From contig JAWLEV010000003.1 of NCBI GenBank assembly GCA_041685915.1, positions 11,206 to 75,205 of the forward strand: a stretch of DNA of 64,000 nucleotides, given 5' to 3'. This stretch comes from Anaerolineae bacterium (lineage in GTDB: Bacteria; Chloroflexota; Anaerolineae; UBA1429). Shown here piece after piece: positions 48,606-56,615 of the stretch. The stretch's first letter is position 1. The number at the start of each line of letters is the position of its first letter. The notes under the pieces are model-generated. The model was not told the origin of the DNA, did no database searches, and worked only from the letters and a program-made list of their open reading frames with translations. The position numbers and the translations under genes are program-made.

Positions 48606-48808
48606 GATCAAAAAGAGCGTGAACATCAGCCCCCGGGCTGGTCCAAAAGCAGCATAACCCTTGGGCTGAGAATGGGTTACAACTATTGTGAGAGGGCTCT
48701 TGACGCGCGTGATGGTCCAGCCTTCAAAGTATGACCATAGGCTCACACAGAGCAATGCCTTCTCAAAACACGCCGAGGCCAGTAACCTACAGTTAGAGAG
48801 GATAATTG

Positions 48809-50605
48809 ATGGGTAAGGAACCACACGTTTTCAAATTCCTGAGAGATAAGGTCATCATACACTCCAGGGGTAGAATGTGCGAGACCCCCGACGAACTTTT
48901 GACAAGCGCACCTTTTAAAAGATTCCTGAGAATCATCCTGCAGCGCCTGTCGAAAAGGAACTCGCGATTCATGGGAATATTTGGCCCCCAGACTGACGTC
49001 CCCCCGGAGATAGACGAGGAAAGCATCACGCTTTTGATCCAAACCTTTCAACATCTGGCCAAACTGGACCGAGCCGTGGTTCCCAATATCCTGCCCGATG
49101 CAAAAGTCTTTTTTAGAGATCCGGACCTGCTGAACGACTTTGTCGAGTATCTCTATAACGCCTGGCGAGACTATGACCGCTTTATCATCATTTCCGGCTT
49201 TCAGGGAGATCAGCTGGACGAAAGACCTTATAGAACGTTTAACGAAACTGTGGAACAACTTATGCATCTGGTGCGAGGGACGTATCGCGATGTCCAGGAA
49301 AATATCACCCGTCAACATCCCCAAGTCTATCGCCAGGCGCGAGCGGGCGCAGACATTGCCACCATCGTCTCCCGCCAGAGCACCCGCGCGACATCCTGGA
49401 TAGAAGGAATCCCCTATAGCAAGCTAGAGCAAATACCCATCGTTCGTCAAGTATTGCTATATCCTCCACTGGTGCTCGATCCACCGATGAACCGCCGCAC
49501 AGGCCGATTCCGACGCGTCGAGGAAAATCCTCTCCTGCTTGTCCATCCCACAAGTGACGAATGGATCTGCTATCCGGCCAAGGTGGGCAAGTTACTTGTC
49601 CTTGTCTATATCCACGAAAAGTTTCTCGAATTGGGACTTTCCCTATGCAACCTGTTCAAAGTCGCCAGCGACAAGGATCTGCAAAGCAAACCAGACGCCA
49701 TCTACATGTTCGGTGTGCCCGGCGATGTGCTGGATCGCTTTGGGTCCCTGCCCACAGTCTTCTATGACGATCCCGATAACGAGATACTGATAGCCGCCGT
49801 ACCTAACGCCGACCGCTTCGGCTACTTTGGCTATCTAAAAAAGATGATACTTACGCTGCACAATGTCAAGATGATGACGATGGACCGCTTACCGTTCCAT
49901 GGCGCGCTGGTCAAGATCAGATTGCATAGTCAGACGCACACCATCCTCCTCATCGGCGATAGTGGCGCCGGCAAGTCGGAAACGTTGGAGGCCTTCCGTG
50001 TGCTGAGCGAGAACGAACTCCAGGACATGATCATCATCGCCGACGATATGGGCGCCATCGATATAGCCGATGGCGATGTCCTGGGATACGGCACAGAGAT
50101 CGGCGCCTTCATCCGATTGGACGATCTGCAACCCGGCTATGAATTCGGTCAGATGGGACGCGCCATATTCATGAGCCCTTCTAGGACGAATGCCCGCCTG
50201 CTTTTGCCTGTGACAACCTATCCCGATGTCGTGCAGGGTAATAAAATCGATATGATCCTCTATGCTAATAACTACCAAGAGGTGGACGAGGATCATCCCA
50301 TCATCGAACGATTCAAAGATCCCAGAGAAGCCCTCGAGGTGTTCGAACAGGGCAAAGTGATGAGCAAGGGCACCACCACCTCAAAAGGCATTGTACACTC
50401 CTATTTTGCTAATATTTTCGGTCCCCCACAATACAGGGACCTACACGACCGGATCGCCCGTCGCTACTTTGACCATTTCTTCGCCCATAGGATATTCGTG
50501 GCACAGATCAGGACGCGCCTGGGAATTCCAGGCTGGGAAACCAAGGGACCAGAAGAGGCAGCAAGGGCCCTGATCAAGCTGATGATGACCGACTACCGCT
50601 CCTGA
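48809..50605 (+). CDS. HprK-like P-loop kinase-domain protein with a ~380-aa unknown N-terminal region
   Basis: The C-terminal region HGALVKIRLHSQTHTILLIGDSGAGKSETLEAFRVL...IIIADDMG matches the HPr kinase/phosphorylase C-domain Walker A motif (GDSGxGKSE) and downstream ADD. GAGAGGA RBS upstream. Confidence 0.55.
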   Translation: MGKEPHVFKFLRDKVIIHSRGRMCETPDELLTSAPFKRFLRIILQRLSKRNSRFMGIFGPQTDVPPEIDEESITLLIQTFQHLAKLDRAVVPNILPDAKVFFRDPDLLNDFVEYLYNAWRDYDRFIIISGFQGDQLDERPYRTFNETVEQLMHLVRGTYRDVQENITRQHPQVYRQARAGADIATIVSRQSTRATSWIEGIPYSKLEQIPIVRQVLLYPPLVLDPPMNRRTGRFRRVEENPLLLVHPTSDEWICYPAKVGKLLVLVYIHEKFLELGLSLCNLFKVASDKDLQSKPDAIYMFGVPGDVLDRFGSLPTVFYDDPDNEILIAAVPNADRFGYFGYLKKMILTLHNVKMMTMDRLPFHGALVKIRLHSQTHTILLIGDSGAGKSETLEAFRVLSENELQDMIIIADDMGAIDIADGDVLGYGTEIGAFIRLDDLQPGYEFGQMGRAIFMSPSRTNARLLLPVTTYPDVVQGNKIDMILYANNYQEVDEDHPIIERFKDPREALEVFEQGKVMSKGTTTSKGIVHSYFANIFGPPQYRDLHDRIARRYFDHFFAHRIFVAQIRTRLGIPGWETKGPEEAARALIKLMMTDYRS

Positions 50606-50644
50606 TCACAATACTCTGCACACACATTAATGGAGACGTCGATC

Positions 50645-51940
50645 ATGAAAACCTACACCGAACCTGCACACGAAATACCTATCAGCCGGGACGTCGATGT
50701 ACTTGTCATCGGTGGTGGCCCCGCAGGGCTGGCGGCTGCCATCGCCAGCGCCCGCCACGGCGCCCAGACGGTGCTCGTCGAGCGCTTTGGCTATCTGGGC
50801 GGCACAGCCACAGCTTCCCTCATGGCCTGCATTAACGGCTTTCGCAACCAGGTGGAACCCGACACCACACAGACGGTGCGGGGCATCGCTGAGGAGATCG
50901 TGCTCCAGCTGAAGGAACTGGATGGTCTGGGAGTGAGCCCTTATCCACAGAAATCCTATCCCGTGGACTATGCTGCGCGTAGTCCATCGAAGAACCGAGA
51001 AGCGATTCTCCAACCTGAACCCGGACAGCTGGAATACAGCTACGCCATCGACACCGAAAAGTTCAAATATATCACCCTAAAGCTGTGTGTTGATGCGGGC
51101 GTGGATATCATGTTCCACACCTGGTTTTGTAACAGCATCGTGGAGGATGACGTCCTGCGAGGCGTAATCGTTGAGAATAAATCGGGACGCCAGGCCATGA
51201 TGGCCCGGGCCATAGTGGACGCCTCCGGCGACGGCGACGTGGCCGCGCGTGCGGGCGCTCCCTTTTGGCAGACGAGCCAAGACGAAGCACCGCGACTCAA
51301 CGACACCCTGATGTATCGTATCCAGTTCGGCAAAGAGCGGCCGGAAGCGCCCTATGCCTGCGACTTTGACACCCACGCCGTCGTCTGGGGACCGGGCGTA
51401 GGTCCACTCAACGGCGTCGACGCCGACGACCTCTCTCAGGGCGAGATTGAGGCCCGGCTGCGCGTCTACGAGGACTGGGCTGCAAAACAAAGAGAGGAAC
51501 CCAACCTGGCAGACGCCGAGGTCATCGCTACACCGCCGCTCCTGGGTATCCGCCAGACGCGCTTCATCGAGGGCGAATACAAACTGACCGCCGAGGACGC
51601 CATAGACGGACGTCGCTTTAGCGACGTGGTAGCCATCAGCTCCTGCCCCATCATCTCCTATTATGGCTACCGCCGCTACCTGGAACACGAGGGATATGAC
51701 ATCCCCTATCGCTCCTTGGTCCCAAAGAGAATCGACAACCTCATCGTCGCTGGCCGTTGCATCTCCAGCGAACAGCAACCCTACGAATCACACCGCGCTA
51801 TGGTGCCCATCATGGCCATCGGCCAGGCAGCGGGCCTCGCAGCCGCCCTTTCCGCATCAGAGGATGTCCCACCGAGAACTCTGAACGTGAAACATCTGCA
51901 GGATGCACTTATCGCCCAGGGCGCAGAACTGCGTAAATGA
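50645..51940 (+). CDS. FAD-dependent oxidoreductase (GIDA/FAD_oxidored-like)
   Basis: DVLVIGGGPAGLAAAIASARHGAQTVLVER (dinucleotide-binding), ...IVDASGDGDVAARAG. Confidence 0.75.
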   Translation: MKTYTEPAHEIPISRDVDVLVIGGGPAGLAAAIASARHGAQTVLVERFGYLGGTATASLMACINGFRNQVEPDTTQTVRGIAEEIVLQLKELDGLGVSPYPQKSYPVDYAARSPSKNREAILQPEPGQLEYSYAIDTEKFKYITLKLCVDAGVDIMFHTWFCNSIVEDDVLRGVIVENKSGRQAMMARAIVDASGDGDVAARAGAPFWQTSQDEAPRLNDTLMYRIQFGKERPEAPYACDFDTHAVVWGPGVGPLNGVDADDLSQGEIEARLRVYEDWAAKQREEPNLADAEVIATPPLLGIRQTRFIEGEYKLTAEDAIDGRRFSDVVAISSCPIISYYGYRRYLEHEGYDIPYRSLVPKRIDNLIVAGRCISSEQQPYESHRAMVPIMAIGQAAGLAAALSASEDVPPRTLNVKHLQDALIAQGAELRK

Positions 51941-52006
51941 TATGCTCACATTCCATCCTTCTATGGGGAATTATATTCCAAAATCATCAGGGGAAAGCCC
52001 TACAAA

Positions 52007-53014
52007 TTGACCCTCCCCTATCTCGATGATATAATCACCTTGTTACAGTTTATAACAAGTGAGCATATACAATTGAAAAACAAGATATATAGCCTGATAA
52101 AACTGACAATAAGCATAGGATTATTGCTTCTTCTCTTCACCCTATTCGATTTTCGTGAATCTTGGGAAGCCTTGCGGGGGATGGATTATCGCTATTTTGG
52201 ATTGGCCTTTCTTCTGTTCCAAAGTGGCCTGGTTATCCGATCTTTCCGCTGGCATTTCCTCCTTGACGCCGTTCAGGTGTCTGTCCCTATCCATCGTCTC
52301 CTATACCTCTATTATGTGGGAGAGTTCTTCAATACCTTTCTTCCATCGGGCCTCGGCGGGGATGCCGTCAAGATGTACGAACTCGCCCGCCACAGTCAAA
52401 AAAGATCTGAGGCTGTAGGTACCGTCTTTCTCGACCGTGTAGCCGGACTTGTCGTACTCTCGGCCATGGGCCTGGCAGTTTTACCGTTGGCCCCAAAATC
52501 TCTGCCCCAACAACAAATCGTCGTCTTGGGTCTTGCCTCGCTCATGGGGCTTGCTGGCCCGTGGCTCCTGCTCCAACGGCGTCTGGCCGAACGGATAATC
52601 GGAGTCATGCCAAATATCCTGCGTCACAAAGCGCAATCCCTGTACGATGCCGTGCATACCTCTGGCACCCACGCACTGTGGAAAGCGCTACTTGTCTCGA
52701 TTCCTTTCACCATAATACTTTTCGCCCTCAATTTTTCTCTCGCCCTGGGGCTGGGTATCGAGATTCCCTTTTTCTATTTCGTGATTTTTATGCCCCTCTT
52801 ATCCCTTACTTTACTCTTGCCCTCCGTCGGTGCCTTGGGAACAAGAGAGACGGCCTATGTATTGCTCTTTGGAAGTGCAGGGATCAGTGAGCCGATGGCC
52901 ATTGCCCTGTCTCTATCCCTGTACTTTATCACCGCCTGCAGCGGTATCATAGGAGCCTTGCTATATGCTCTCGATTCCATAGTTCGACTGAGATCGGAAA
53001 ACGAAACCACATAA
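52007..53014 (+). CDS. Flippase-like polytopic membrane protein (UPF0104 / LPG-synthase-TM-like). TTG start is uncertain.
   Basis: 6-8 predicted TM segments. FNTFLPSGLGGDAVKMYEL is characteristic of this family. It lies immediately upstream of the GT2 gene. Confidence 0.6.
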   Translation: MTLPYLDDIITLLQFITSEHIQLKNKIYSLIKLTISIGLLLLLFTLFDFRESWEALRGMDYRYFGLAFLLFQSGLVIRSFRWHFLLDAVQVSVPIHRLLYLYYVGEFFNTFLPSGLGGDAVKMYELARHSQKRSEAVGTVFLDRVAGLVVLSAMGLAVLPLAPKSLPQQQIVVLGLASLMGLAGPWLLLQRRLAERIIGVMPNILRHKAQSLYDAVHTSGTHALWKALLVSIPFTIILFALNFSLALGLGIEIPFFYFVIFMPLLSLTLLLPSVGALGTRETAYVLLFGSAGISEPMAIALSLSLYFITACSGIIGALLYALDSIVRLRSENETT

Positions 53015-53024
53015 GGAGACGGGA

Positions 53025-53996
53025 ATGGATCTATCCATCATAGTGCCCATATACAACGAAGAGGAGAATATCCCCCGTCTTTATGATGAGCTTACCGCCG
53101 TCCTGGATCCCCTCCAACGGGAATATGAGATCATCTGTGTGGATGACGGAAGCCAGGATCGTTCCTTTACCCTACTCAAGGAACTGGCCCAGAATGATTC
53201 CTGCGTCAAGGTCATTCGTTTTCGCAAGAACTTTGGACAATCGGCGGGGTTCAGTGCGGGATTCGACCATGCCAGGGGTGATATTGTGATCACCATCGAC
53301 GCTGATCTGCAAAACGACCCGTCCAGCATTCCCGATCTACTGGACAAGATGTCAGAGGGATATGATGTGGTCAGTGGCTGGCGGAAGGACAGGAAGGATG
53401 CTTTCCTCACTCGAAAACTTCCCTCCAGGATAGCCAACTGGTTAATCTCACGAACGACCGGCGTCGACGTGCACGATAGAGGATGCTCCCTGCGCGCACA
53501 CCGAAAAGAGATCGTCAAGGAGATCAACCTCTATGGCGAACTCCACCGTTTCATCCCCGATATGGCCGCCTGGATCGGCGCCTCCATGACCGAGATGCCG
53601 GTCGGTCATCGCCCCCGCATGTACGGTCAATCCAAGTACGGCATCGGCAGGACGTTCCGTGTGATCCTTGACCTGATCACGGTGCGCTTCCTGCAGGGCT
53701 ACTCCACACGACCCATCCACATCTTTGGCAAGTGGGGCTTGGGCTTTGGCCTGCTGGGCTTCCTCCTTGCTCTTTGGTTGAGTATCCAAAAACTCATTCT
53801 AGGGCAATCGATAGGGGATCGCCCCGCCCTCATCCTCTCCGTCCTCCTTATCCTTGTCGGCATACAACTGGTATCCATTGGCCTCCTGGGCGAGATGACC
53901 GTGCGCATTTACTATGAGGGCCAAAATATGCCCATCTACCGCGTGCGGGAGATCATAGGATATGCGGATGAAGGAAAAGAAGACACGCGGGATTAG
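53025..53996 (+). CDS. Polyprenyl-phosphate glycosyltransferase (GT2, DPM1/ArnC/GtrB-like) with two C-terminal TM helices
   Basis: LSIIVPIYNEEENI...EIICVDDGSQDRS...VITIDADLQNDP...VVSGWR. The C-terminal TM pair is typical of ArnC/GtrB. AAGGAGACGGG RBS upstream. Confidence 0.85.
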   Translation: MDLSIIVPIYNEEENIPRLYDELTAVLDPLQREYEIICVDDGSQDRSFTLLKELAQNDSCVKVIRFRKNFGQSAGFSAGFDHARGDIVITIDADLQNDPSSIPDLLDKMSEGYDVVSGWRKDRKDAFLTRKLPSRIANWLISRTTGVDVHDRGCSLRAHRKEIVKEINLYGELHRFIPDMAAWIGASMTEMPVGHRPRMYGQSKYGIGRTFRVILDLITVRFLQGYSTRPIHIFGKWGLGFGLLGFLLALWLSIQKLILGQSIGDRPALILSVLLILVGIQLVSIGLLGEMTVRIYYEGQNMPIYRVREIIGYADEGKEDTRD

Positions 53997-54001
53997 ATGA
54001 C

Positions 54002-56569
54002 ATGAGCCTTCAAGGCCCTAAGAGAGTAGCCCTCTCCCTTTGCGCTTTGGTACTCGCCAATCTGATCATCTTTTTCACCCAGATTACCGCGGTTCAGACG
54101 CTGGCCGCTTTCCTCCTGACCACTTTGCTGCCGGGATTCCTACTGTTATCTTTACTCCCCCTCCGACACAGCGGTCCCCACTATACCTTACAACATCTTG
54201 TCATCGGCCTCGGCTTGGGATACGCCATCGCCATCGCGGGAATCCTCTTCCTTCATTACCTCCCAGGTCCGATCACCAGAACGCGCGTCGCGTTCCTTTA
54301 TGACATGGCGATCATGAGCCTGTTAGCTGCACGATACCTGACCCATAGCCAAGAGCATACAGTTCTTATGGATATACCCCACCACAAAGCGCTCTTGGGC
54401 CTCGTGATCATCTTGGCCATAGCATTTTTCTTTCGCTTCTTCAGTCTGGAATACGCGGAATTTCAGGGAGACGAGGTGGCTGTCCTACACAAGGCGGCAG
54501 CCTGCATTCAGGGCCGCGAAGACACCCTCTTTCTGCATAAAAAGGGCCCCGCCGAGATACTTTTGCCCACCGGCTACTATGCCCTTGCCAGACGTACAAA
54601 TGAATGGGCTGCGCGCTTTCCTTTCTCCCTCGCTAATCTCATCGGCGTCCTGACATTGTATGCCCTGGGCCAAGCGGTCTTATCCCGGAAAGGAGCATGG
54701 TGGGCGGCCCTGCTCGTGGCCTTGAACGGTTTTTTCGTCGCCTTTGGGCGCATCGTGCAGTATCAGAGCCTCGTCTTTCTTTTCAGTACCCTGGGCATCC
54801 TCGCAGCCCTCGGCTTCGCACGAGGGGGAGAATCACAAAGCGACTCTGGGACTCGCCCCAAGGAGCATACTGAACACGTCTTACATAGCAGACGCGTCAA
54901 CCTTTACCTCACCGCCGTATTCCTGGCCATGGGTCTCCTGGCCCATACCGACGCCGTCTTTGCCGTGATTACATCGGCGTTTATCATACTGAAAGCCGCA
55001 TATCAGCGTCACCACGAACGCGTAACGCTCCCAACGCTGACGGCCCTTCTGGGACCGATCTTGCTCGCTGGCGCCCTGCTCGCCTCTTTCTATGTTCCCT
55101 TTGCCCTACATCCCCAGTTCGATACCACCCAGGGCTATCTCAAGCAGCGTATGGGCGTCCGTCCCCCTTACAATAATCTCAATGTTCTGCTGAATCTCGG
55201 CTCCGTCTATAACGCCATCTACTATCTCGTATTTCTCGCCCTCGTCCTCGCCTGGGCCCTGATCAGACACATAACACGGAGAAAAGCAACTGGATGGGCG
55301 ATTCTCGTTTCATGGGGCGCCCTGTCGGCCACGCGCCTCCTGTTTCCTAGCATATGGTGCATGGGAGAGCGGGACCTGACCGGCCTTCTCTTTATCCTCC
55401 CTATCATATTCTCATTCGTGACCGCCAGGGAGGATCTGGGATGGCAATTGGCATTGGTATGGTTCGGCGTCCCTTTTTTGATCTACATGTTTGGCTTCCG
55501 CGAACCACGGACGCACATCTACACCTTTTTCCCGGGGGCTGCTCTCCTCGCCGCCGGGGAACTGGACAGGCCCTACAAATCTCCCTGGAAGACGTGGCTT
55601 GTCTGCGGAGGAAGCGGCATCATCCTGCTCCTCTCCGCTGCTTATCTCCATATCACTTTTATCAGTCATACGCCCGAATACAAGCGCACCTATCCAGAGC
55701 ATCGCATCCCCTTCTTTTGGACGCCGTATGGAGAGGAGATGCCTGAACACGGCCTCTTTGGTTTCCCTTATCGCGCAGGATGGAAAGCAGTCGGCCAACT
55801 CTATGCCTCCGGTGCACTGGAAGGGGACTATGGCACCAACGAAGAAACCCACATCACCAGATGGTACACGCGAGGCGAGTACGCCTGCCAGGTCCAACCC
55901 CACTACTACTTTGTGGCTGAAAATGTACAGGATGAACAGGCCGTACCCATGTACGATATCCAGTCTGACTACACCCATTTTGGCACGGTCTGGGTGGGCG
56001 ATACACGCAAAATGCGTTTGTACGAAAAGGGGGAAGCCCGTTTGCCCTATCGAGATTATCAGGCCGCAGAAGCGGAAACGTACTTTGACCGGGAACTGAC
56101 AGATCCCCATTATCCCACGGGCCTTCCTCCCCAGGACCCCACATCCCACATCCAGCAACCCATGGATCGCAAACTGGGCCAGAACGTCGAGTTCTTGGGT
56201 TACGATATAAAAAAAACGCGCATCTGTCCGGGGGATACCATCGTCCTGACGCTCTACTGGCGCGCACTTGGCAAGATGACCGAATCATATACAGTATTCA
56301 CACACGTCGCAGATTCGGGAGGCATATGGGCCCAAAAGGATCATCCACCGTCTTGTGGAAACAATCCCACAGACGAATGGGAACCCGGACACGTATACGT
56401 GGACCCCTATGTCATCGTGACCGATTCGGACATGCCGTCGGGCACGTATCCCCTTCTCGCCGGCATGTACCGCTTCGACACCGGAGAGCGGCTTCCCGTA
56501 TCGGATGCAGAGGGCACGCAACTGGGACATGCGATGGAACTGGGAACCATCACGGTACTGGATAGATGA
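54002..56569 (+). CDS. GT-C fold membrane glycosyltransferase (PMT/ArnT-like, GT39/83-type) with a soluble middle domain and one copy of the ~130-aa C-terminal repeat domain
   Basis: About 12 TM helices in the N-terminal ~480 aa, with the family-typical periplasmic-loop motif (EYAEFQGDEVAVLHKAAA...LFLHKKGPAE). It is paralogous to the next gene (LLPGFLL...FRFxxLxYAEFQGDE...). The C-terminal domain is listed below. Confidence 0.75.
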   Translation: MSLQGPKRVALSLCALVLANLIIFFTQITAVQTLAAFLLTTLLPGFLLLSLLPLRHSGPHYTLQHLVIGLGLGYAIAIAGILFLHYLPGPITRTRVAFLYDMAIMSLLAARYLTHSQEHTVLMDIPHHKALLGLVIILAIAFFFRFFSLEYAEFQGDEVAVLHKAAACIQGREDTLFLHKKGPAEILLPTGYYALARRTNEWAARFPFSLANLIGVLTLYALGQAVLSRKGAWWAALLVALNGFFVAFGRIVQYQSLVFLFSTLGILAALGFARGGESQSDSGTRPKEHTEHVLHSRRVNLYLTAVFLAMGLLAHTDAVFAVITSAFIILKAAYQRHHERVTLPTLTALLGPILLAGALLASFYVPFALHPQFDTTQGYLKQRMGVRPPYNNLNVLLNLGSVYNAIYYLVFLALVLAWALIRHITRRKATGWAILVSWGALSATRLLFPSIWCMGERDLTGLLFILPIIFSFVTAREDLGWQLALVWFGVPFLIYMFGFREPRTHIYTFFPGAALLAAGELDRPYKSPWKTWLVCGGSGIILLLSAAYLHITFISHTPEYKRTYPEHRIPFFWTPYGEEMPEHGLFGFPYRAGWKAVGQLYASGALEGDYGTNEETHITRWYTRGEYACQVQPHYYFVAENVQDEQAVPMYDIQSDYTHFGTVWVGDTRKMRLYEKGEARLPYRDYQAAEAETYFDRELTDPHYPTGLPPQDPTSHIQQPMDRKLGQNVEFLGYDIKKTRICPGDTIVLTLYWRALGKMTESYTVFTHVADSGGIWAQKDHPPSCGNNPTDEWEPGHVYVDPYVIVTDSDMPSGTYPLLAGMYRFDTGERLPVSDAEGTQLGHAMELGTITVLDR
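56174..56566 (+). repeat. C-terminal ~130-aa domain of unknown function, copy 1 (protein-level repeat)
   Basis: VEFLGYDIKKTRICPGDTIVLTLYWRALGKMTESYTVFTHVADSGG...PTDEWEPGHVYVDPYVIVTDSDMPSGTYPLLAGMYRFDTGERLP. Confidence 0.6.
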
Positions 56570-56615
56570 ACACGATAACCTGGGAACACGCCAAGAGGAA
56601 AGAGAAATAGGCACC

